Of a stretch of 64,000 nt of DNA, positions 46,842 through 56,530 are shown in pieces; position 1 is the stretch's first letter; each line of letters starts with the position of its first letter. Made by a program: the position numbers and the translations under genes. The DNA is from an uncultured bacterium (GTDB taxonomy: Bacteria; Krumholzibacteriota; Krumholzibacteriia; LZORAL124-64-63), in contig CAVSZB010000005.1 of assembly GCA_963732385.1 (NCBI GenBank), positions 192,001 through 256,000 of the forward strand, written 5' to 3'. A model generated the notes under the pieces. It was not told where the DNA came from and did not search any database. It saw nothing but the letters and a program-made list of their open reading frames with translations.

Positions 46842-49004
46842 CTAACGCGCCTGTGACTCCGGGATTGCCGGCGTCTCTGGCAACAGGCCCCGTTTGCGCA
46901 GGAGCGGTTCCACCGAGGGATCCTTGCCCCGGAAACGGCGATACGCTTCCGCCACGTCGCCGGTTCCGGCGCGTTCCAGGATGTTCGCCCGGAAAGAGGC
47001 GGCGGTGGCCTGGTCGAAGATCCCCTTCTCCCTGAATGCCTCGAAGGCATCGTTGTCCAGCACCTCTGACCACAGGTACGAGTAGTACCCGGCCGCGTAT
47101 CCACCGTTGAAAATGTGGTAGTAGCTCGGCGTGCGGTGGATCGAGGCGGCGTAGCGCGGCATCCCCATGCGCTCGAACGAAGCCTTCTCGAACGCCCCGG
47201 CATCCACTTCGTCCGGCGCGGTCAGGGTGTGCCAGTCGAGGTCGAGCAGCACGGTGGAGACCATCGCCACGGTGCCCAGCCCCTGATTGAAGGTCTCGGC
47301 CTGCTTGATCTTCGCGATGACCTCGTCGGGCAGGGGCTCGCCCGTCTTGTAGTGGCAGGCGTAGACCTTCAGGACCTCCGGCTCCAGCGCCCAGTGTTCC
47401 ATGATCTGGGACGGCAGCTCGACGAAGTCCCACGGCACGCCGCCGAGCGCCGAGTAGTGCACGCGGGTGAGCAGGGAGTGCAGGGCATGGCCCAACTCGT
47501 GGAAGAGGGTCAGCGCCTCGCCGCGGGAGAGCAGGGCCGGAGCATCCCCGGTGGGCGGCGTGAAGCTCGCCACGTTGGTTACGATCGGCCGGATGTCCTT
47601 GCCGTTGCGCACGCAGGCGTCACGGTAACCTCCCGACCACGCGCCGGCCCGCTTGCCCGCGCGCGGGAACAGATCCATCAGCAGCACGCCCAGGTGGGTC
47701 CCGTCCGCCTCCTTCACCTCGAAAACGCGCACGTCGGGGTGGTATCTGGGCGCGTCCTTCAACTCGGTGAAGGTCAGCCCATAAAGCCTGGTGGCGACGG
47801 AAAACGCGCCTGCCCGCACCCGCTCGAGGGGGAAGTAGGGACGCAGCGCCTCCTCATCGAGGTCGAAGCGAGCCTTCTTGAGCTTCTCGGAGTAGTAGCT
47901 CCAGTCCCACGGCTCGATCTGCCCGCCCTTGACGTGCTCGTCGAGCATGGTCTGCAGGACCCTGGCGTCCTCGTCGGCTTTGGCAACCGCCGGCGCCCAG
48001 AGCTGGTTCACGAGGGAGTACACGTTCTGCGGTGTCTTCGCCATGTACTCCTCGATCTGGAAGTCGGCGAAGGTCCGGTAGCCGAGGAGCCGCGCCCGTT
48101 CGGCGCGCAGGCCGGCGATGCGGGCGACAATACGATTGTTGTCGCGCGCGTCACCGTGATCGGCGCGGGTCCTGTACGCGGTCCAGAGCTGGCGCCGCAG
48201 TTCGCGGTTGTCGGCGTAGGTCACGAATGGGCGCGCGGAGGAGGGCTGCAGGGTGAAGACCCACTTCCCCTCGAGGCCGGCCCCCTTCGCCGTCTCGGCG
48301 GCGGCCGCGATCGCCTGCGGCGACAGGCCGGAGAGGTCCTCCGGATTCTCTATCACCAGCTTGAACGCGTTGGTCTCGGCCAGAAGGTTTTCGCCGAACG
48401 AGCTGGAGAGCACCGCCAGCTCCTGGTTGATTTCCCGGAACCGCTCCTGCTGCCCGGAGCCCAGGTTGGCGCCGCCACGCACGAACCCCTTGTGCGTCTC
48501 ATCCAGCAGCTTGCGCTGTTCCTGATCGAGCGCGAGGAGGTCACGCCCGGCCCACACGGCCTTGACGCGGGCGAACAGTCGCGGGTCCAGCGCCACGTCG
48601 TCGCGCAGGGCGGCGAGCTGCGGCGACACCTCCTGCTGGATTTTCTGCATCGCCTCGTTGGTATTGGCTGAAGCAAGGTTGAAAAAGACATTGGAAACCT
48701 TATCCAGAAGCTGTCCGCCCTCGTTGAGCGGCTCGATGGTGTTGGCGAATGTCGGTGGCTCGGCGCTGGTGGCGATCGTTTCCACTTCCCGGCGTCGCTC
48801 GGCGATGGCGCGTTCGAACGCCGGCAGGAAATGCTCGACCTTGATGAGCGCGAACGGCGGCATGCCGAACGGCGTCGTCCACTCCTCGAAGAACGGGTTG
48901 ACGGCGACCGCCGGGACAGCCGTCCGGGCAGGCGCCGGCTGCCGGGCCGCGGCCACGGTCGCGCACGCACAGATCAAACCGAGAGCTGTCATGAATTTCC
49001 GCAT
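46842..49004 (-). CDS. dcp: M3-family peptidyl-dipeptidase/oligopeptidase, secreted
   Basis: NPFF..W.TPFG.PPF, YHPDV, GKRAGAW, FHELGHALH, DFVELPSQIMEHW and HIF.GGYAAGYYSYLWSE. Confidence 0.92.
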   Translation of the reverse strand: MRKFMTALGLICACATVAAARQPAPARTAVPAVAVNPFFEEWTTPFGMPPFALIKVEHFLPAFERAIAERRREVETIATSAEPPTFANTIEPLNEGGQLLDKVSNVFFNLASANTNEAMQKIQQEVSPQLAALRDDVALDPRLFARVKAVWAGRDLLALDQEQRKLLDETHKGFVRGGANLGSGQQERFREINQELAVLSSSFGENLLAETNAFKLVIENPEDLSGLSPQAIAAAAETAKGAGLEGKWVFTLQPSSARPFVTYADNRELRRQLWTAYRTRADHGDARDNNRIVARIAGLRAERARLLGYRTFADFQIEEYMAKTPQNVYSLVNQLWAPAVAKADEDARVLQTMLDEHVKGGQIEPWDWSYYSEKLKKARFDLDEEALRPYFPLERVRAGAFSVATRLYGLTFTELKDAPRYHPDVRVFEVKEADGTHLGVLLMDLFPRAGKRAGAWSGGYRDACVRNGKDIRPIVTNVASFTPPTGDAPALLSRGEALTLFHELGHALHSLLTRVHYSALGGVPWDFVELPSQIMEHWALEPEVLKVYACHYKTGEPLPDEVIAKIKQAETFNQGLGTVAMVSTVLLDLDWHTLTAPDEVDAGAFEKASFERMGMPRYAASIHRTPSYYHIFNGGYAAGYYSYLWSEVLDNDAFEAFREKGIFDQATAASFRANILERAGTGDVAEAYRRFRGKDPSVEPLLRKRGLLPETPAIPESQAR

Positions 49005-49069
49005 CTCGCGAGTCCTCCTTCACGATCTTCAGATTCCGCTCTTTGACGTCCGCCCGTGTCCCGTGCGGT

Positions 49070-50317
49070 CTACTGCCCCGGCCCGCGGCTCCTGCAGATG
49101 GCCTCGATCCAGTAGTCTACGTTCAGAATGGGGATGAAGGTTCCAAACGAAGCGTATTTTGCCAGCGTCGGATCCTTCAGGATCTCCTCCCTGCTCCGGC
49201 CCTCGTCGATCCAGCCGGCAACCGTCTCCCGCACCGTGACCAGCATCTGGCGGTAACGCGCGACGTCCCGGGTCGTGCCGCTCTTCCCGTGGCCGCAAAC
49301 CAGAATCGCATCCTCGGGAAAAACGTCGATCACCTTCGCCAGGATCTCCAGATACTCATCGACGGCTATCGTTACCGAGGGGAAGGACTGCAGGATCAGC
49401 AGATCGCCCATGTCCACGACGTTCGATCCGGCAAAGTGGACGATCATGTCGGCGTCGGTGTGGACGCCGCTGGCGGGGATCAGACGGATCTCTTCGCCGC
49501 CGAAGTCGAACGTGTAGTACCTGTCGAACGACCTCCCCGAGCGGCCAAACAGCGGACCGTCGCCGGGGAGGATCACCCCCCCGGCCACCAGTTCTTCGAG
49601 ATGCGACAGGGAGATGATCCGGGTCTTTTCGCCAGCGATGTCGTTGCCTTCGATGTGATCGGGATGCTCGTGGGTATTGATGATGGCAACGATCTCGCGA
49701 TCGTCGAGCTTCCGGAGCTCCTTCCGCAAATCGGGCAGCGTCCTTCGCCAGCCGGTGTCGACCAGGAGCAGGCCGTCACGACCGGCGCAGGCCAGGATGT
49801 TCGGCGCCTCCCCGTAGGAAAACGCGATCTTGTGGATCCCGTCCGCCAGGGAGAGCACCTCGGGCGCCGGGATCCGGGTTTCCACGGCCCCCCTGGCCGC
49901 GAGCAGACCGATGATCCGCTCGGATTTATTCATGACGGCCAGGTCCAGGGCGGTATCGCCGCCGCTGCTTGTGATATTGGGATCCGCGCCGTGATCGAGC
50001 AGGTACGCCACAACGTCCGCGTGGCCGAAGTACACGGCGTAAATGAGTGACGTTTCGTTGGCGGAATTCCGCGCGTTCAGGTCAGCGCCCATGCCGACAA
50101 GGTAGGCGACGACCTTCAGGTGGCCCCCCTGAGCGGCATAGATCAGCGGGGTCTTGTTGTTGACGTTCATCGTTTCCATCTGGGTGGAGTCCGCTTCGAC
50201 CAGAGCCCTTACCCGCGCCAGATCACCGGCCCTGGCCGCGTCGAGAATCTCCTGGGCCACCGCGCCGGATCCGTTCAGGAGCGTGAACAGGCAGCAAGTG
50301 AAGAACATCCGAATCAT
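49070..50317 (-). CDS. Secreted ankyrin-repeat + metallo-beta-lactamase-fold protein
   Basis: Ankyrin repeats (KTPLIYAAQGGH, TSLIYAVYFGH, TALDLAV), then LVDTG, NTHEHPDHIEGN, HT, MGD and GHG. Confidence 0.82.
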   Translation of the reverse strand: MIRMFFTCCLFTLLNGSGAVAQEILDAARAGDLARVRALVEADSTQMETMNVNNKTPLIYAAQGGHLKVVAYLVGMGADLNARNSANETSLIYAVYFGHADVVAYLLDHGADPNITSSGGDTALDLAVMNKSERIIGLLAARGAVETRIPAPEVLSLADGIHKIAFSYGEAPNILACAGRDGLLLVDTGWRRTLPDLRKELRKLDDREIVAIINTHEHPDHIEGNDIAGEKTRIISLSHLEELVAGGVILPGDGPLFGRSGRSFDRYYTFDFGGEEIRLIPASGVHTDADMIVHFAGSNVVDMGDLLILQSFPSVTIAVDEYLEILAKVIDVFPEDAILVCGHGKSGTTRDVARYRQMLVTVRETVAGWIDEGRSREEILKDPTLAKYASFGTFIPILNVDYWIEAICRSRGPGQ

Positions 50318-50417
50318 GGCAATCGGACCTTTCGTCAGGCTTTGGCGTGGCGCCGGTCGGGCAGAACTCCGGGATCGCCTCGACCGCGATTCCGGCTGCC
50401 GGATTCACACCGAAGGC

Positions 50418-50454
50418 GAACGACCCCCGGCGCACACGCGCCCGGGGGTCGTTC
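50418..50454. terminator. 13-bp perfect hairpin downstream of HU copy 2
   Basis: GAACGACCCCCGG-N11-CCGGGGGTCGTTC; same stem as 35256-35292 with a different loop. Confidence 0.7.
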
Positions 50455-50482
50455 AGATCAGGCCGCTGCTCGCAAGGATCGG

Positions 50483-50827
50483 CTAGAGCATGTCCTTGAT
50501 GGCCTTAAGCGGACGAACGCGCACCGTGCGCGAGGCCGGCCGCGCCTTCTGCTTGACCATCTCGCCGGTGAACGGGTTGCGGACGAGCTTCCCGCCCGCG
50601 ACCGCCGGTTTCTTCACCAGCGTGAGCTTCAGCAGACCCAGATGGTTGAAGGTCCCGTACTTCTTGACGGACTTGACACCGATGTCGGTCAGGGCGTCAC
50701 AGACGGCGACGACGTCCTTCCGGGCAAAACCGGTCTTCGCGGCGATGTCGCGATAGACCTCGTTCCTGGTCGGCGGCTTGATCGACACGATCCTGGCCGC
50801 AGCCTTGCGAGTCGGTTTCTTAGCCAT
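50483..50827 (-). CDS. HU/IHF-family DNA-binding protein (copy 2)
   Basis: 114 aa; 98/114 identical to copy 1 by hand alignment; AGGAGAG RBS. Confidence 0.9.
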   Translation of the reverse strand: MAKKPTRKAAARIVSIKPPTRNEVYRDIAAKTGFARKDVVAVCDALTDIGVKSVKKYGTFNHLGLLKLTLVKKPAVAGGKLVRNPFTGEMVKQKARPASRTVRVRPLKAIKDML

Positions 50828-50981
50828 GGGCACTCTCTCCTGCTTTGCTGGCACGGATGGAAGCGTATGGCTTCCGTGAACGGCGCGAATGATAGCGCAA
50901 GAGCCGCGGCGTGTTTACAGAAATCCGCGGTTTTGGCCGATTTTTGCGGGGCCGGGGCCGGGAACCCGGACCCAGGGATCC

Positions 50982-52226
50982 TCACTCTCCAGCGTCCAGC
51001 AGTCTCACCGTCAGCCCGCTGCGCAGCTTGGGCTCGAACCAGGTGGACTTCGGCGGCATGACCTCTCCCGCATCAGCCACGCGCATGAGTTGGTCGAGGG
51101 AGGTGGGGTAAAGCGCGAAAGCCACGGCCCAGCCGGAGCCGCAGCGCTTTTCCAGCTCCGCGGTGCCGCGGATGCCGCCGACGAAATCGAGGCGCTGGTC
51201 GGTACGCGGGTCAGCGATCCCGAGCAGGGGGGCGAGCAGGTTGTCCTGGAGGATGGAGACATCGAGCCCCTTGACCGGATCGGCGGCGGCATAGGTTCCC
51301 CGTCGGGCCTCGAGACGGTGCCAGCGACCCGCCAGATACATGCCGAAGGTGCGGGGCGCGGACGGCCGCGCCGTGTCGGCCGGGGCCACCGTGAACCGCT
51401 CCCCCACGCGCTCCCTGAATCGCTCGACGGTCAGACCGTTCAGGTCCTCGACGACACGGTTGTAGGCGAGGATCTGCAGCTGATCGTGGGGAAAGACGAC
51501 GGCCATGAAGTACTCGGCCGGACCGCCGCCAGGCGCCTGCGGGTTGCGCGCACGCATCGCCTGGCCATGGCGCACGGCGGCGGCGGTGCGATGGTGGCCG
51601 TCGGCCACGTAGAGGCAGGGCACTTCGGCGAACGCGCGCGACAGCGCCCCGATCTCCGTCGCGTCGGACACGACCCACAGAGCGTGACCGATGCCGTCGT
51701 CGGCGACGAAGTCGTACGTCGCGGGGCGGGAGAGCACGGCGCTGACGAGCGCATCGATCGCGCCACGCGCACGGTAGGCGAGAAATACCGGCTCGGCGTT
51801 CGCGTTCCCCTCGGTGACGTGGCGCGCGCGATCGTTCTCCTTGTCCGGGCGCGTGTGCTCGTGCTTCCTGATGAGGCCCTGCTCGTACTCTGACACGCTG
51901 CACAGGCCGACCAGGCCCACCTGCACATGCTCGCGCATCCGCTGCTGGTACACATAGAGGCACGGATACTCATCGCGCACGAGAGTCCCTTCGGCAATGA
52001 GCCGCCGGAGATTCTCGCGCCCCCTGGCGTAGACCCGATCATCGTGAACGGAAATCGCCGGATCCAGGTCGATCTCGGGCTTGCAGACGTGCAGGAAGGA
52101 AAACGGATTCCCGCGCGCCAGTTCGCGGGCCTCCTCCGAGGAGATCACATCGTAAGGGAAGCTCGCCACGTCACGCGCCCGTTCCGGGCGCGGTCGGTAG
52201 GCGCAAAACGGCTTGAAGACGGACAT
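50982..52226 (-). CDS. DUF1015-family protein (ParB/Srx-like fold)
   Basis: PYDV, HE.T..DKE.DR, YVADGHHR, FVGGIRG and MPPKSTWFEPKLRSGL. Confidence 0.88.
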   Translation of the reverse strand: MSVFKPFCAYRPRPERARDVASFPYDVISSEEARELARGNPFSFLHVCKPEIDLDPAISVHDDRVYARGRENLRRLIAEGTLVRDEYPCLYVYQQRMREHVQVGLVGLCSVSEYEQGLIRKHEHTRPDKENDRARHVTEGNANAEPVFLAYRARGAIDALVSAVLSRPATYDFVADDGIGHALWVVSDATEIGALSRAFAEVPCLYVADGHHRTAAAVRHGQAMRARNPQAPGGGPAEYFMAVVFPHDQLQILAYNRVVEDLNGLTVERFRERVGERFTVAPADTARPSAPRTFGMYLAGRWHRLEARRGTYAAADPVKGLDVSILQDNLLAPLLGIADPRTDQRLDFVGGIRGTAELEKRCGSGWAVAFALYPTSLDQLMRVADAGEVMPPKSTWFEPKLRSGLTVRLLDAGE

Positions 52227-52251
52227 CGATCCCCCTCCCGGGGCTGGCGCC

Positions 52252-53628
52252 TCATGCAGCGGGGAAGCGCTCCTTCAGCAGGTCCCGAAACGGCTCGTAC
52301 TCCGTCGTCATGTGCTCGTACTTTTCCGGCTTGGCCTCGAGCCCCGCGAGGCTGGGCGGCAGCTCGGGATTGATGCCGAGCAGAGCCTGGATCTCCTCCG
52401 GAAACTTCGCCGGATGCGCCGTCTCCACCGCAACCGCGAGCGGATCGACCGGCGCCCCGGGAGCGGCGAGGAAGCGTTCCAGACCTGCCCAGCCGACCGC
52501 GCCGTGCGGCTCGAGCAGGGTCCCGTTCCTCTGCCACGTTTCCCGGATCGTGGCGCGCGTTTCGTCCTCGGAAATGCTGACCGCGTGGAAGTCGCGGCGC
52601 AGCGCGGCCATATCGGGCGCTTCGCGCAACGCACCGGTCTCGTCCATCCAACCGCCGTAGGCGTCCACCAGGCGCGCGAGGTTCGAGGGGTGACCGACGT
52701 TCATCGCGTTCGAGATGCAGACGCGCGACGGCACGATCTTCTCGTACCGCCCGCTGGCGAAGAATCCGGGCACTTCGTCGTTGGCATTCGTGGCGATGAC
52801 GATGCGCGAGATCGGCACCCCCATGCGCACCGCCAGCTGCGCGCCCATCAGATCGCCGAAGTTCCCGGACGGCACGGAGAAGACGATCGGCTCGCGGGCG
52901 TGTGCATCGGCGAGCCGCACGTAGGCATAGACGTAGTAGACAGACTGCGGCAATAGACGACCGATGTTGATGGAGTTCGCGCTGCTCAGGCGGATGCCCG
53001 CCAGTTCGGGGTCGGCGAAAGCGCGTTTGACCATCGCCTGGCAGTCGTCGAATTTGCCGTCCACCGCGAAGGTGGTAACGTTACCGCCCAACGTGGTCAT
53101 CTGCCGGCGCTGGCGCGCGGAGACCTCCGCCACCGGGAAGAGCACGACACTTCGCACGCGGGGCACGCCGTGATAGGCGTGAGCCACCGCACTGCCGGTG
53201 TCGCCGGAGGTAGCGGTGAGGATGACCAGATCGCCGCGCACGTCCGCCATGAAGGCGCTCATCCAGCGGGCCATCATGCGGGCGGCGAAGTCCTTGAAGG
53301 ACGCGGTCGGCCCGCGGTCGAGGCGCATCAGCCAGCGGCGCCCGCTCACCCTCTCGAGCGGAACCTCGTAATCGTAGGCGTCCTCGCACAGCGCGCGCAG
53401 CCGATCGTCATCGAGGACGCCGGCCGTGAAGCGCCTCAGCACGAACCAGGCGATCTCCGGGTAGGTCTTTCCCGCGAGCGCGGCGAGGTCGCCGGGGCCG
53501 AAAGGCGGCACCCGGACCGGCATGAACAGCCCCTTGTCGGCCGCCTGCCCCTGCAGGAGGGCCGTCCGCAGGTCCACGCTCGGAACGGCGCGGTTGGTGC
53601 TGTAGAAGAGAATCGGTTCGTTATCCAT
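52252..53628 (-). CDS. thrC: Threonine synthase
   Basis: GPTASFKDF (PLP lysine), ATSGDTGSA, FDDCQ, SANSINIGRL, VPSGNFG and TAHPAKF. Confidence 0.94.
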   Translation of the reverse strand: MDNEPILFYSTNRAVPSVDLRTALLQGQAADKGLFMPVRVPPFGPGDLAALAGKTYPEIAWFVLRRFTAGVLDDDRLRALCEDAYDYEVPLERVSGRRWLMRLDRGPTASFKDFAARMMARWMSAFMADVRGDLVILTATSGDTGSAVAHAYHGVPRVRSVVLFPVAEVSARQRRQMTTLGGNVTTFAVDGKFDDCQAMVKRAFADPELAGIRLSSANSINIGRLLPQSVYYVYAYVRLADAHAREPIVFSVPSGNFGDLMGAQLAVRMGVPISRIVIATNANDEVPGFFASGRYEKIVPSRVCISNAMNVGHPSNLARLVDAYGGWMDETGALREAPDMAALRRDFHAVSISEDETRATIRETWQRNGTLLEPHGAVGWAGLERFLAAPGAPVDPLAVAVETAHPAKFPEEIQALLGINPELPPSLAGLEAKPEKYEHMTTEYEPFRDLLKERFPAA

Positions 53629-53767
53629 GTCCGGAGGGCTCCCTGGGCTGATCCGTGCCGCGGCGGCGGGGAAACGCAGTTCGTAAATCGCTTCTCCGCA
53701 CGCACCAACCCAGTGTATCCTGCCGGCGGCCGCGCTTCCAACCGTGTTCTTCCTCCGGAGGTCACCC

Positions 53768-55192
53768 ATGTCCGGCGCAGAGGTCCAGATCACCCCCGGG
53801 ATGCAGCGTTACATCGACAGCAACAACGAATACCTGGCCCGACGCGCCGCGTACATCCGCAACGTCGTCAAGAAGTGGAAGTTCGACACCATCGCGGTCC
53901 ACGGTCTCTATTCGGTCCAGGACGCCATCGAGGACTACCAAGGATCGATCATCGAGCCCATCTTCCTGTCGACCTCGCAGGCCTACCGCGATTCCGACGA
54001 GATGGCGGCGGCGCTGGCCTACCTGATCCCGACCTGGTGCTACTCGCGCATCGCCAACCCGTCCACCTACTACTACGAGTGGGCGCTGGCCCTGCTCGAA
54101 GGGTACGGCTTCGACGGCGAGACTTCGTGCTGCTCGACCTCGTCGGGGATGGCGGCCATCATGACGGCCGTGCAGCCGTTCCTGATGCACATGAATCGCA
54201 ATGTCTACGAGCCGCGCAACTTCCTGGCGACCGCCCAGTGCTACGGAGGCACCTTCCAGCAATTCAACGTCCGCCTGCAGCAGGAGCGCGACATCGAGTG
54301 CCGCTGGATCGAAAACCCGACGGACCTTGACGCCTGGGAATCGCGGATCGACAAGAACACACGCTTCCTGTACGGCGAGCTGCCGAGCAACCCGCAGCAG
54401 GGCTTTTTCGACATCCGCGCGGTGGCCGACCTGGCGCACGCCCACAACCTGCCGCTGATCGTCGACAGCACCGTCGCTTCGCCGGCGCTGCTGAGGCCGA
54501 TCTGCCATGGCGCCGACATCGTCGTGCAGTCGGCGACGAAGAGCCTCTCGTCGAGCGGCTTTGGCGTCTGTGGTGCGGTCATCGCCCGCAAAGGGCTGAC
54601 GACGAACGTCCCGATCGACGCGCTCAGGGAGGATTTCTCGCTCTACATCAAGTACCTGCCCAACCGTGACTACGGCCCCAACCTGCACCCGATGCAGGCC
54701 ATCCTGACGCTCAATGACATGCGTACGTTGCGCTCGAAGATGGACCTCATGAGCCGCAACACGCAGAAGGTGGCGGAGTGGCTGTCCGCTCACCCCTTCG
54801 TCGAGAACGTCGCCTATCTCGGACTCAAAAACCACCCGCTGCACGATCTGGCCAGCAAGTACATGTGGCTCGTGGACGCCGAGCACGACGAAATGTACGG
54901 CAAACCGGTCAACCGCTACGGCCACCTGATGTCCTTCTGCGTCAAGGGCGGGGCGGAGCCGGCACGGAAGTTCTTCGATGGTCTGCAGCGCATCTGGCGG
55001 GCGACCGATCTGGGCCGCATCAAAAGCGTGGCCACGATCCCCGCCATCTCGACCCACCAGCAGCAGGGCGAGGAAGGCCGCAAGCTGGCGCAAATTGCGC
55101 CGAATCTGGTGCGCCTGTGCGTCGGCGGCGAGCACCCCGACGACACCATCGCCGACCTGGATCAGGCGCTGGCCGGGCTGCGGAAGAAATAG
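53768..55192 (+). CDS. Cys/Met-metabolism PLP enzyme (O-acylhomoserine sulfhydrylase/MetY-like)
   Basis: YSRIANP, SSGMAAI, YGGT, ELPSNP, VDSTVASP, GADIVVQSATK and LVRLCVGGEH; GGAGG RBS. Confidence 0.85.
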   Translation: MSGAEVQITPGMQRYIDSNNEYLARRAAYIRNVVKKWKFDTIAVHGLYSVQDAIEDYQGSIIEPIFLSTSQAYRDSDEMAAALAYLIPTWCYSRIANPSTYYYEWALALLEGYGFDGETSCCSTSSGMAAIMTAVQPFLMHMNRNVYEPRNFLATAQCYGGTFQQFNVRLQQERDIECRWIENPTDLDAWESRIDKNTRFLYGELPSNPQQGFFDIRAVADLAHAHNLPLIVDSTVASPALLRPICHGADIVVQSATKSLSSSGFGVCGAVIARKGLTTNVPIDALREDFSLYIKYLPNRDYGPNLHPMQAILTLNDMRTLRSKMDLMSRNTQKVAEWLSAHPFVENVAYLGLKNHPLHDLASKYMWLVDAEHDEMYGKPVNRYGHLMSFCVKGGAEPARKFFDGLQRIWRATDLGRIKSVATIPAISTHQQQGEEGRKLAQIAPNLVRLCVGGEHPDDTIADLDQALAGLRKK

Positions 55193-55203
55193 CGGGGGCG
55201 CGC

Positions 55204-56391
55204 TCAGGTCTCGAGAAACGTCGCCATGAGCCGGTGGCCCTCCCGGATCCAGTAACCGCCGCGATCAGCCGCCGCCTCCGTGAACGGAACCTTCTCCCGG
55301 GCGACGATCCCCGTGCCCGCGAAGGCGAACAACGGGGGCTCGGCCGAGTGGCCCCTGGTCGCGCACAGGGTCGGATGGTCCACGGCCACGAGCATCCGCC
55401 ACTCGCCGCCGGCCTGCAGCCTGCGCAGCAGGGGGCCGACGACCAGCTCATCGATGCGCTCGAGCGCCTTCACCTTCTCGAACGGGTTTCCCATGTGCGC
55501 CGACTCGTCGGCGGCTTCGACGTGGACGACTATCAGGTCGAACTCGTCGAGCGCCCGCACCGCCATCTCACCCTTGCCCGCGTAGTTGGTATCGATGTAG
55601 CCGGTCGCGCCCGGCACCTCGATGACCTGCATGTCCATCAGCCGCGCGAAACCGCGCAGGATGTCCACGCCGGTGATGACCGCCCCCCGCAGTCCGAAGC
55701 GGTCGGCGAAGGACTCGAAATGGACCGGGCGGCCCTGTCCCCACAACCAGATGTCCGTGACCGGAGACAATCCCTGCGCGCGTCGCGCGTGGTTCACCGC
55801 GTGGCCGGCGAGCAGGGCGCGCGCCCGCTCCGTGATGCGCGCGATCCGGTCCACCCCCGTTCCTTCCGGTCGATGCGCCGCCACCGGCTGGTCGATTATG
55901 TCGTGCGGCGGGGCGCAGTGAAGCTGCAGATCGGCGGCATCGGCGAGCAGCAGGAGATTGCGGTAGGTGACACCGGCGTGGAACTCGCAGCCCTCCGCCG
56001 CCAGCGCGGCGTCGAGGTCGGCGATCAGCGCGTCCGTCTCCTCCTGCCGGATGTGGCCGGCGGTGTTGTCCTTCATGAGCCCGTCGAGGATGGTGACGAA
56101 GTTGCAGCGGAAGATCAGCTGGTCGGGCCGCGCAGAGAGTCCTTTGGCCGCCGCCTCGATGGGCGCGCGCCCCGAGTAGTAGAGGTGAGGGTCGTAACCG
56201 AGCACCGAGAGCGTGCCCACATCGGTGCCGGGCGTGAAGCCGGCGGGGATGGTGATGATGCGCCCGGCGCGGCCGCGTTCAGCGACCCAATTCATGTGGG
56301 GGATGCGGGCGGCTTGCAGCGGCGTGCGGCCGTCGAGCTCGGGGAGCGCTTCGTCGGCCGCGCCGTCGGGCAGGACAATAACGTATTTCAT
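55204..56391 (-). CDS. apgM: ApgM-type cofactor-independent phosphoglycerate mutase family (proposed homoserine kinase subfamily)
   Basis: PDGAAD, GRTPL, PGTD, GRAPIEA, HVEAADESAH and DHPT..GH. Confidence 0.88.
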   Translation of the reverse strand: MKYVIVLPDGAADEALPELDGRTPLQAARIPHMNWVAERGRAGRIITIPAGFTPGTDVGTLSVLGYDPHLYYSGRAPIEAAAKGLSARPDQLIFRCNFVTILDGLMKDNTAGHIRQEETDALIADLDAALAAEGCEFHAGVTYRNLLLLADAADLQLHCAPPHDIIDQPVAAHRPEGTGVDRIARITERARALLAGHAVNHARRAQGLSPVTDIWLWGQGRPVHFESFADRFGLRGAVITGVDILRGFARLMDMQVIEVPGATGYIDTNYAGKGEMAVRALDEFDLIVVHVEAADESAHMGNPFEKVKALERIDELVVGPLLRRLQAGGEWRMLVAVDHPTLCATRGHSAEPPLFAFAGTGIVAREKVPFTEAAADRGGYWIREGHRLMATFLET

Positions 56392-56530
56392 CGGATTCAG
56401 GAGCCTCCAGGTTGGGATCACCGCTCGAGAGCGCAACGCAGAGCATATCAACCAGTCACGGTCCGGCCAAGCGGGAGCAGAAGGTTTCCGGGCTGCACGG
56501 TGAGCGGCCTTCGCGGAGTGCGGCCAGGCT

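Noticed and set aside
49070..50317. Calling the MBL-fold proteins antibiotic-resistance beta-lactamases
   Set aside because: The HxHxDH motif is shared by the whole superfamily and there is no subclass-specific evidence.
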